From positions 64,001 through 128,000 of IMG/VR virus record IMGVR_UViG_3300032334_000315: a stretch of 64,000 nucleotides of DNA. One strand, given 5' to 3'. Origin of the DNA: a virus. Below are positions 36,017-46,100 of this stretch, piece by piece. Each line of letters opens with the position of its first letter. Positions within the stretch are counted from its first letter, which is position 1. The position numbers and the translations under genes were made by a program. Below the pieces are notes generated by a model that worked only from the letters and a program-made list of their open reading frames with translations, did not search any database and was not told where the DNA came from.

Positions 36017-37068
36017 TTTAGATAGTATGGTTGCGAAAAGAAGCAATGCTTTCTATTTATCGCTGTATGCTTTGATATAGTTCTCATGCCTTCCAGCGTC
36101 ATTCTATACATAGCACTATCGGTTTTTGATAGCATGAACATATCTCTGGCGCTGAGCGAGCTATACATGGATTTGGTCGATTCAAATTGAAGTGGTGTTC
36201 TGAGGTTATATATGATGCTATTCATCCGTTTCATGCGGTCCATATATGCGACTTCTCTTTGCCAACCATGAGGTAATGTTTTACCCTGCATTATCATATC
36301 AACAAAAAGCGTTTCAAACCTCATGACAACGTGGGCCTGCTTTACCATGATCTTTATTACGATGTCATCTGTACCGTTGTAGAAATTGATGCGCTTGAAG
36401 TTTTCATCTTCATAGTTTGCACCATAGTCATTGACGGATAGATCATTAAATCGGACGCAGTTATCGAGGGCTTCATATCCTGGCTTGTCGGAACCCATAA
36501 TATAGCATGTCTTTTTGTTATTGTCTTTGCCAATAAACTTCTTCAGGTCATACCAGAATAGATTATGAACGCTTTTAAATGCACCGATATGATCGGTCCA
36601 TTCATTACCATATTTTTTAATGAGTGTGAAATTGTTTGGATCGGTAAAGTGTTCGGTATAGTCAGATACCGTAATCTTTGTGTTCGGTAGATGCATACCG
36701 TTTAGAGTCGGAAACGCATTGAGATATATGTCGCCGTTATGATTTTCGTCGGTGCCTTTTTGTTTATCTTGAGAGAATGCGCCGACTAAAAGTATCTCGT
36801 CTATCAAAATATTATTGTAGTAGAATGTTTCCAATATGTTGGTAGAGTCGTAGCCTCCAGAATAGCATAGGATCACGTGGTCATATTGATCGCGAATCTG
36901 CTGTGCGCGTTCGCGATACAATACATCTAGAGTTTCAGTTGGCTCTGTTTTCCAATCGACTTTTTTAAAAACGTCATCGTAAAAATAAAAAGAACAATGT
37001 CTGTTTGAAGCAACAGCCGCAGCGTGTGTTGGATAGACATTTCTATCCTCATCATAATAAAACATCAT
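36013..37068 (-). CDS. PP-loop enzyme
   Basis: WKTEP..L..LYRERAQQIRDQYDHVILCYSGGYDSTNIL..F..NNILIDEI; GSDKP. Confidence 0.75.
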   Translation of the reverse strand: MMFYYDEDRNVYPTHAAAVASNRHCSFYFYDDVFKKVDWKTEPTETLDVLYRERAQQIRDQYDHVILCYSGGYDSTNILETFYYNNILIDEILLVGAFSQDKQKGTDENHNGDIYLNAFPTLNGMHLPNTKITVSDYTEHFTDPNNFTLIKKYGNEWTDHIGAFKSVHNLFWYDLKKFIGKDNNKKTCYIMGSDKPGYEALDNCVRFNDLSVNDYGANYEDENFKRINFYNGTDDIVIKIMVKQAHVVMRFETLFVDMIMQGKTLPHGWQREVAYMDRMKRMNSIIYNLRTPLQFESTKSMYSSLSARDMFMLSKTDSAMYRMTLEGMRTISKHTAINRKHCFFSQPYYLK

Positions 37069-37077
37069 TGAATGTGT

Positions 37078-37509
37078 TTACCCTGCTGTTTTGTTGGTAA
37101 AATTATCCTTTGATAGCGAATCAATCAAACTCTTAATATCATCATCTGTTAGAACATCGGCCTTCTTAGCAAGAAGTTCATCAGTATTTTTAATAACGGT
37201 TTTACCAAGCATTGCTTTTACATTTGTTAAAGATGTATCTATATCTGGATTATTTACAGCTTCCATTTTACGAAGCCATGCCATTGGTGCGTTCATAAGG
37301 ATAAAATCTTCAAGCACTTGCCCTTCTAGTGGTGGAATTGGCATGTCTAAAGATACATCCGTGCGGCAGCGCATAGGAGTACTGTCTGGGCGACGATTAA
37401 CATCGTTTGCCACTTTTAGCATTTCTTCGGTTATTTTATCAGTTGTATATCTGACAACAAACAAATGGTCATCAGGCCATACTTCAATGATTCTGTAATG
37501 AATGTTCAT
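37078..37509 (-). CDS. hypothetical protein, possible adhesin chaperone
   Basis: 143 aa, ATGA-coupled to the adhesin gene. Confidence 0.55.
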   Translation of the reverse strand: MNIHYRIIEVWPDDHLFVVRYTTDKITEEMLKVANDVNRRPDSTPMRCRTDVSLDMPIPPLEGQVLEDFILMNAPMAWLRKMEAVNNPDIDTSLTNVKAMLGKTVIKNTDELLAKKADVLTDDDIKSLIDSLSKDNFTNKTAG

Positions 37510-38870
37510 CCTACTGGTCCCGTTCTAGTTCCTGTGTTAATCCAACTTGTCACATATGCATTACCAGTTACGGCATTTCCTTGCGAACCTGTAGCACCAG
37601 TCGCACCTGTGGCTCCTGTGTCTCCAACTGCGCCTGTGGCTCCTGTGTTTCCTGGTGTTCCTGTTCCTCCAACATTTCCTACAGCACCAGCATTACCTGC
37701 AGGCCCATAACCACCTGCACCGCCGCCACCTTGAACGACACCCCAACCGCCTGGTGAACCATAAGGAGGATTATAACTTGCAGCACCACCAGCTCCTATA
37801 TTACCGCCGGGTCCGCCTGATGCGTAACCAGACCAACCAATAGTACCACCACCGCCACCACCATTAGCACCACCACCACCGCCAGCGTTTCCTGAAGTCA
37901 CGCCAGGATAATAGCCTCCGCCACCTCCTCCACCATAACTACCACCACCGCCGCCGCCTCCACCGGCACCGTCCGGATCGGCCTTAGCGTTATAAGCATA
38001 ACCACCTCCGCCTCCTCCACCACCGCCTCCGGTAGCTGCTCCACCACCATTGCCCGGTGAACCTCCAGCGCCCCCAGGTGCACCAGCGCCACCGGGCCCA
38101 CCTGGGCCTCCTGGTCCGCCAGGGCCACCGACTCCGCCGGGCCCTCCTGTTCCACCGGCACCGCCGATAAATGATGTTGTGTTTTCAATAACCGTTATTA
38201 GACCAGTAACGGAGTCAACCTGAAATGCGATACCGCCGGTACCACCAGCGTTACCAGTCACACCAGTGCCGCCTGTATTTCCTTTGCCGCCTGCGTTGCC
38301 TTGCCCACCACCATTACCGGGTGAGCCGTTATTTCCCGGTGCACCGTTATTACCTGGATTAGCAGGTGAACCGCCGCCGCCTCCATTACCAGATACTTGC
38401 CAATAAGCAGGCGAGTTATAACCAGCGGGCACACCCTTAGATGCAGGATAATAACCTGTAGCAGGAAAATAAATTGGTGATCCTGCACCGCCACCACCAC
38501 CGACACCATTTGAACCTGGATTACCTGGTGTCCCAGTATTACCTGGTGTGCCTGGGTTTCCCGCAAGGCCTGTAGTGCCGGAGTTTCCTGTAGTGCCTGG
38601 ATTACCTGTAGCACCTTGATTACCAGAAGTGCCTGTGCCGCCTGTGATGGTAGAAGTATTCTTCACATACACAAACGAACCAGCTTTCCAACCAGTTCCA
38701 GTCTTAAATGCTGGTGTGTTAGGTGATGATGATCCGATGTTATTATTGATAAAGCATAGCAAGTTCAACGGATATGTAGGTGCAGCCGATGTGTTATATA
38801 GGTCTACGTTATTCGTAGAGCTATCAATACTAACAACCTTAGTTGGTCTTGCCATTAAAAATGTGAACAT
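37506..38870 (-). CDS. gp38-like polyglycine adhesin with collagen-like G-X-Y arms
   Basis: NTSTITGGTG, ENTTSFIGGAGG and C-terminal GNAVTGN...WINTGTRTG resemble T-even gp38; long GNPG/GTPG/GATG triplet runs. Confidence 0.65.
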   Translation of the reverse strand: MFTFLMARPTKVVSIDSSTNNVDLYNTSAAPTYPLNLLCFINNNIGSSSPNTPAFKTGTGWKAGSFVYVKNTSTITGGTGTSGNQGATGNPGTTGNSGTTGLAGNPGTPGNTGTPGNPGSNGVGGGGGAGSPIYFPATGYYPASKGVPAGYNSPAYWQVSGNGGGGGSPANPGNNGAPGNNGSPGNGGGQGNAGGKGNTGGTGVTGNAGGTGGIAFQVDSVTGLITVIENTTSFIGGAGGTGGPGGVGGPGGPGGPGGPGGAGAPGGAGGSPGNGGGAATGGGGGGGGGGYAYNAKADPDGAGGGGGGGGSYGGGGGGGYYPGVTSGNAGGGGGANGGGGGGTIGWSGYASGGPGGNIGAGGAASYNPPYGSPGGWGVVQGGGGAGGYGPAGNAGAVGNVGGTGTPGNTGATGAVGDTGATGATGATGSQGNAVTGNAYVTSWINTGTRTGPVG

Positions 38871-38873
38871 GTG

Positions 38874-39902
38874 TTATCTTACATCCGGCATGAATGAACC
38901 ATAGAGATATGTACCATCAGAAACGAACGAAAATACGTCATGCGCGCCCGCAGCAGTAGATAGAGGAGGTGCAACACCAGCAGTCCACTTAAAGATTGCA
39001 TTCCATGTTGCTGTACGACCACCGGTACCGTCTTGATAAATGTGGAGAATATATGTACCGACTTTTAGATTTGATGGTGCACCGATTGTGCGATTACCAC
39101 CAATCGTCACAGTAGCAATCTGACCTAATGCTGTGTTCCACGCTACTGTGGCCGCATCTGAAAGTGTTTGCTGTAGAATGTTTGCGGTTGCGGTGCTTAC
39201 TGTTCCATTGAATGTGGAGTTACCAGAAACTGTGAGATTCTGAGTGACATTTAGTGATCTATTTACAGTAACAAGACCAGAAGATGCAATGGTAAATCTA
39301 TCAGCCAGACCGAGCTGAACACCCCAACCCGAAGTGTTAGCTGTAATCTTTGCGACTTCAACACCATTGATGGTATAGAAGTCATATGTGTTATAACCCG
39401 TCGGCGCTTTTCTTTGGAATGCTGCCGTTGCACCTGTCGATTCGGCCAGAACCGCTTGACTGGCTGCTCTAGAAACCGTAAGAACACCACCAATATTAGT
39501 ATTACCACCAACAAAAAGATTTGTGGAAACAGTCGCACGACCAACAACATTTGCTGTGCCTGTAATAAAAGTTGTTTTGTTTGCTCCACCTAAAAACGTA
39601 TTACCAGATACGTTTAGATTCGTGCCGACTGTAAGGCGACCAGACGCGGTTGTTAGGCCTGTAAATGTGGAGTTGCCTGTAACGCCTAGATTGGTACCAA
39701 CTACGGCTCTACCTGATGCAGTGAATAGACCCGTGACAGTTGCAGTACCTTTTGCAGTGAACGCTACGTTAGATGTCAGAGTGTTAGCATAAAGAGAAGA
39801 GTTGTTGATAGCAAACTGGCTCATACGATCCAACACAGTGTTGGTTCGCGTTCTCCACGTATTAAATGTATCCGTAAGGGCGACGTTAGCTATCTTAGCC
39901 AT
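38874..39902 (-). CDS. tail fibre protein
   Basis: TDTFNTWRTRTN N-terminus, NLxVxGN repeats, C-terminal QDGTGGRT..W...FKW....PPLST domain. Confidence 0.75.
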   Translation of the reverse strand: MAKIANVALTDTFNTWRTRTNTVLDRMSQFAINNSSLYANTLTSNVAFTAKGTATVTGLFTASGRAVVGTNLGVTGNSTFTGLTTASGRLTVGTNLNVSGNTFLGGANKTTFITGTANVVGRATVSTNLFVGGNTNIGGVLTVSRAASQAVLAESTGATAAFQRKAPTGYNTYDFYTINGVEVAKITANTSGWGVQLGLADRFTIASSGLVTVNRSLNVTQNLTVSGNSTFNGTVSTATANILQQTLSDAATVAWNTALGQIATVTIGGNRTIGAPSNLKVGTYILHIYQDGTGGRTATWNAIFKWTAGVAPPLSTAAGAHDVFSFVSDGTYLYGSFMPDVR

Positions 39903-39905
39903 CTA

Positions 39906-40121
39906 TTATCCTATCTTGTCTAAAAGTCGCTGCATCAGCGATTTTATTTGATCTATATCAGACTTCATATTATTTATATCTGAAAGAGCAGCGTCCAATT
40001 CCTGTTGCTTATTTCTCTTACGTCTATAAGCTTCAAGGCCATCAATATCGGTACTCAGAACAGCCTGGTTAGTAACATCTCTGACTAACCCAGGCGCGTC
40101 TTTTACTTTTGCTACTTGCAT
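39906..40121 (-). CDS. small conserved T4-like protein found after VrlC-like genes
   Basis: LVRD...AVL....Y...R...DINNMKSDIDQIKSLM coiled coil. Confidence 0.65.
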   Translation of the reverse strand: MQVAKVKDAPGLVRDVTNQAVLSTDIDGLEAYRRKRNKQQELDAALSDINNMKSDIDQIKSLMQRLLDKIG

Positions 40122-40124
40122 TTC

Positions 40125-43100
40125 TTACCTCTGTAGTGCAATTGCTCTAAGTTCATGGACTGTTGGTGGATTCGTGCTGGTATCAGCAGTCAATACGACT
40201 TTAACAGCAAAGAACTTGAATCGCACATAACGAGCTTTTGTTGAGTTGCGATATTCAACATAACCAGTTGTGTTATTTGCACCATACTGATTGATAGCAC
40301 GACCAGATGTGTCGGTAATAGCAGTTGTTGGGAAGTTTGGCATATTGTATGTTAGCTCAATATAATCTTCCTTATTGATGCTGCTTGAATATCTAGTTGT
40401 TCCAGTGTAACCCTGAGATGTGTCACGACTCATAGGAATCCAACGTGCATCTTCAAACAAATCATTGTCGTCCGCATTTAGGATCTTAGCATATACCTTA
40501 ACATCGGATCCCGGTGGAATGTATGCTGCTAGATACACACGAAGGTCTTCTGCATCTTGACCATCTGCGAGTGTCACGCGACGAGTGACATAACGAGTTT
40601 TAGAATTGCCACCGGACTTTACCCAATCTTCTGATGATCCAATTTCTGTGTTAGAACTAATCAGATTGCGAGTTGCGACCAATGAAATTCTGCGAAGATC
40701 AATAGCTGGTGAAGCAACAGCATTTCGGCCATTAAGAATGTACTGTATTTCAGCGGACTTATTTCTAGCCATTGTTGAGCTTGAAGCTGAAGTGTTTGCT
40801 TCAATGCTGCGACTCAAAATATAATGAGGAGATGAGAGTTCAGCCACATCATTAATTATAATTTCTCCGAATGATGAATCGCGTGTGCTTGTGCTTGAAG
40901 CAAACTTAGCATATGCTCCTACAGATGTATTTGATGGTTGAATCAAATTGGTAATCAAGCTGACATTGTCCATTGATACGCTATCAATTGTTACGATACA
41001 AGCTGTGTACGCATTTGTTTGACCTGTGATGTACATACCGGGGAAGAACATACGGTTTGCACTGTTTGCTGGTCCACTGTTTGCATATGCTGTGTTGGCA
41101 ATATGTAGTTTGGTGTTTGCGTAATTCACAACATCATAATAAACTGTTCTACCAACTGGATATGTTGCAGACTTTAGCGCAGTACATGTACCAATTTGTA
41201 CGCCCGTTGTTGGATTAGTGTTACGAATCGTAATTGTTTCACCACCCTTGAATGCTGCACCAATTGAATTACCTTTAATGCGAATTGCACTAGTGCTCCA
41301 AGATGTGATTGTGCCGGTTGCTCCTGATGTTTGGCCCTGTGCATAGCAAAGGATTGAGCCAGCCGTATTAACTGATTTCGTATTAGAGAACGTACCTACT
41401 AGAAGCTGTTCGCCATAAACAAGTTCACCAATCTTATTGAATGCACCTGTTGTGTTAGCGATAGTGAAGTAGTCGCGATTCTCATTCTTTAGAACCAAAG
41501 TGCCTGTAGAGCTAGAAGCAAATTTTGCGTAGTACGCAGTAAACTTCAAATCTTCATTTTCTACCGGCACCCATGTGCGCTGATTTGCTGAAGTGAATAG
41601 GAATCCTGCAGCTGGCTGCTCAGAAACACGAGACTTTGTTATAATATCTTTTTCACCAAGAACGGCTGTAAATGCATTGTAGTTTGGATTTGTACCTGCT
41701 GGAATGAGAACAATCGCATATTCTTTGCCGTCACCCACATAAACTGGTGATGGGAAATATACCGGTGTTACCGCAGATCCGTCATCGCTGATATTGATAT
41801 CGGCCGACGGAACAACAACACGAGAGAATGGCACAACGCGAGTTGTAATGTACGCTGTAGCTGGATCCACTTCACGCAATTCAATAATAATTGGAAGTGT
41901 TGCATCTTTAGTTGCAAAATATAAATCCAACTTAGTTAGATACATTCCACTTGTTTGAATTCGGTTTGACAATAGTGCTGTAATAAGCATGGTCTGTGCG
42001 ATAGGATCATCTGATCCTCCACAACCACCATCGCCTCCACCACCACCGTCTCCACCGCCTCCACCGTCGCCGGGAGCTGGGCCAGCATCACCTGCATCAC
42101 CAGGAATAACACCAACGAGACGTTGCCCACCAACTTCATTTGTCGTTGTTTGATTGACGTTTTTAATTTCAGTCAACAATTGTTGTGAAATTGTTGCTCT
42201 TTTTGTTGAAAGAGTTAAGTCTGAAATGCCTGCCATCAAACCTTCAGATGAATAATCCGTTTCGGCTGATGTTGTAAACTGACCAAAAACAAGACTATTT
42301 GTTGAATTATCAACAAAACGTAGACGCTTAGTTCCTGTACGGAAACGAAGTGATGAATCGCTAGGTAGACGGAATATACCATATGCAGACCCATCAGCGC
42401 CAGTATTTAAAGATGCTCCTTCAACAGCGGTTGGTTTTGTCGGAACACCGTTTACCTTAAGACCAGAGTTATATTCATCGGCTGTTAGTGGTGTGATGTA
42501 TCTATTAACATCTACTCCGTCAAAAAAACCATAGATACGGCTACTAGACTTCATTCCAACAATTTTGAAGATAATCATGCGCGAGCGCATGAATGGTTGA
42601 ATATTTACGTCTTTAACAAAATTACCTAAAGTCTGTTTATTATTTGTTACTGTAGCTATAGTTTGACTACCAGTTCTTCCTTCAATTGTAGGTGTTGTAA
42701 AGATATTTTGCGTGATGAAATTCTGCATCACGTTTGTGGAACCGTCAGCTTGAGGTACAAGAGTTTGATCCGTATCTCTATTATTTGACGAGCTTAAAAC
42801 TGGTGTACCAACAAATGTTTGTTGCCATCCATTCCATGATGTTGGCCATGCATTAGCTAACCAAATCCAGTTATCTGTGTTCAAATCAATATTGATATCA
42901 ACATCTGGTCGCTGCGTTGTGTCCATCCAATAATCACTATCAGGTGTGATTGTGATTGTGCCTCTCCACAAGAACGCTGTACCAACACAATTACGAGTTG
43001 TCGTTGCATAAGGTTGTGTTACCAAAACATCGTGACTATATGGTAAAGTTACAAGATCGCCAGGAACAGCATTAGATACCGAAACGATAGAAACTGACGC

Positions 43101-46100
43101 GCCACTTAATGTCGAGTCTGATATTGATACAGAGCCACCAGCAGTAAAATTACCAGTAGCATTTTCAACATATAGTTTAATACCATAGCCACGGCCACCA
43201 GTAATTTGTTGGTATGCCATATTTCTAATTGTTGCTGTAACAGAACCTGAAGTTATTGTTGCGCCTGCTAGATTACCAGAAACGCCGTTTTCTGGGCGAG
43301 TTGATACATATTCACTCGGAAGCAAATCTATGATAACTGTCTGGTCTTTAGATATACCGGCTGGTGTTACGTTGGTACGTACAACACCAGATGAGTTTGC
43401 AGTATAAGTCAGAGCAACATTGTCCAGCGTCATCAATGGACGCATTTTGCCCTTTTCGGAGTCAACAGTCCACTTCGTATCATTATCAAATGGATTGGCT
43501 ACTCCATATCCTTTAAACGAATCTACAAGAATGCCATTTTTAAATCTGTCTAATCCACTTGCATCTGGAATCAATAGATCCGTGGTATTCTTTTCCAATA
43601 GATTCAAGGATGTATAATACTCTAGACGATCTATACGATCACGAATGTTACCAATATCGCGCATCGTATAACGCTCATTGCGGATCTTACGAACATTGTT
43701 AGACAAGTCCGCACGATTTACACGGCGCGCAATTTCAACTGGAAGAGAAGGATACGGAGCAAGAGATATTGTGGCTAGTGCCATCATATCTTCCGGCACT
43801 GCTGGTGCAGCAGGTCTGCTATCAGGAACACCTCTTACAATGTTAAAAATACCGGCCTTAGTGACAGCAACAGTGTCTATACGCTTTAGATAATAATCAG
43901 CATCTGTTGTGAAATCTTGACCTGTCGGTGGAAATTTTAAGCAACCAGTTGGATTATAAAATGTCGTAGAGGTAAGCGGATTAATTGAAATATTTGTCAA
44001 TGCCGTCACGCTATTTGCGGTATCGGCAATACGAGGACGAACATCAACACAGTCGCGAAGATCAAATGCTATACCTGATGTCGGAGAAACATACACAGGA
44101 ATGTCATATGTGTACATTTTTGATGTGTCAGTTCCAGCAGTTGAGTCATTTACTGGATAAGAATCGACTGAAAAATATCCTACACCAGACGAATGGCTGT
44201 GTGTAAAATGGTCAAATGTTACAAGCAATCTATCTCCAGAAGAGATAGACAAACTGCTTGATGATTTCTTCTTCAAGCGAGCATGATCGTAATAGTTGTC
44301 TCCCATACCGGTGTCAAGAATGAAATCGTTTGTTACATCTGTACCTTCAGTGGTAGTACTAAAATTTGAACTTGACTTCTTACGAACGGATACAAGTTTG
44401 AATCCATCAGACATACCAAGAGGCCATGGACCTGTGGTATTGGCTGTATATGAAGTGCCGCCTCCGGCGCCGATACGAATTTGAACCAGACGGTTACGAG
44501 CAATTACCTTAGCCGCTTCTTGTCCATCAATTTGATTGACATGTGCTACAATATTAAGTGGAACACCTGTCGTGTTAAATGTCTCGTTTAGATTGATTGT
44601 TGCTCCGCGCGCAGGTGAAGAAGAAATCTGAACTGTACGAGCGCCATTACCACCATATCCACCTAGATCAACAACTTGACCTGAGATAAATTTCTTGTAG
44701 TACTTACCACTTGTTACTGTAGCTGCTGCTGTACCCAGTACATTCAATGATGTATCGCTGTTTACTGCACTAACAATAAGATCACCAGCAAGACCGATAT
44801 GGAGAACATCGCCCACATTGATCTTAGTTGTGAAACCAGAACCGCCAGCACCGGTTACAGTATTAGCACCAGAAGTTATGCTTACGGAACCAACCGCAAC
44901 AGTGTTAGCTGCGCTTGTCACTACAGCATGAAAATCTGTACGGCGTGCTGACTGACTTAGATATGATCCGCCACCATCAAATGTCTGATTGTCGTCACCT
45001 GTGTTTAGTGTAGCAACACCAGATGTATCGGTTGTCTGAGTAAATGTTTTGTAGAATTCAAAATCATTATTGACTACACCTGTTGCATCACGAAGCTTTT
45101 TAGTAGCGATTGTTGGCAATCTAAAAATTGCACGATCTGTAGCAGAGTCTACAGTATTGGCTGATAGATAACGAACATCGGCTTTACCTGGTGTATTTGC
45201 CGAATATGCAACACCCTGAACTTGGGTAAAAGATTTACCAGCAGCCATTTTAATGTCGGTTAGATACATTTTATAAAGAGCATTTGGAGCTCCTGGTGTA
45301 CCACTAAGATATTCAAGACCTCTCACACGCGCGGTACCGATCGTAGCACCTTTAGCGCCTCCTGATGGCCATGTTGTTGAGTATTCAAGTCTAGTTACAG
45401 AATTCGACTGGTTGTCTTTTAGATTTACTAATGACAATCCATTGAGATCCCATTTGCCGGCTACGCAGTCAACAATTAAATAATTACCGTAATCAATAAG
45501 TGCTTTTGCAGACTGAACAGAACTATAGTCAGTGGCTTTATTGAAAGAGATGCGTGTGGATACAATATTTTCATTATCATATCCTTTGACATACGCTTTG
45601 CCAGGTTCAACAATAGCAACAAGTTTTGTAGAAAGGCCACCTTCAGAAGATGTGTATACTCCTTGATTATTACCAACTTTCAAATGCTCTTTAATCGTTA
45701 CGCCCATACCAGAAACAACATAATCGCCAGACTCATCGACTGTACGCTGAGCAAGATAATCGCGGATCTTTGAATACTGAGTGCGATTTGAAATTGACTG
45801 AACGATACCATTTTTTACCTGCATCAACTCAATGAAAGTATTTGACACGGTTGCATCAATATCCACTTTCTTCAAATCAACAACAAGCTTTAAGCGGTTG
45901 GCGCCAGGCGCAGCGTAGTTATAAGATCCAGATGCTGGATCCAATAGCGTTGAGTCATCTACTTCTGAGATAATTGATTCAACGATGTCAAAACCAACGC
46001 GAACGCTAGGTGTCTTATCATATTTACTTAAAACCAAAGTCTGAGCAGGAACACGAATGAAGTGGTCTTTAGCATAAACAATACCAGCATTAAAATTGGC

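Noticed and set aside
30983-37068. PP-loop genes as QueC (7-deazaguanine DNA modification) or a lasso peptide cluster
   Set aside because: No QueC Cys motif and no queD/queE/folE/dpdA. No lasso peptidase, RRE or precursor peptide was recognised nearby.
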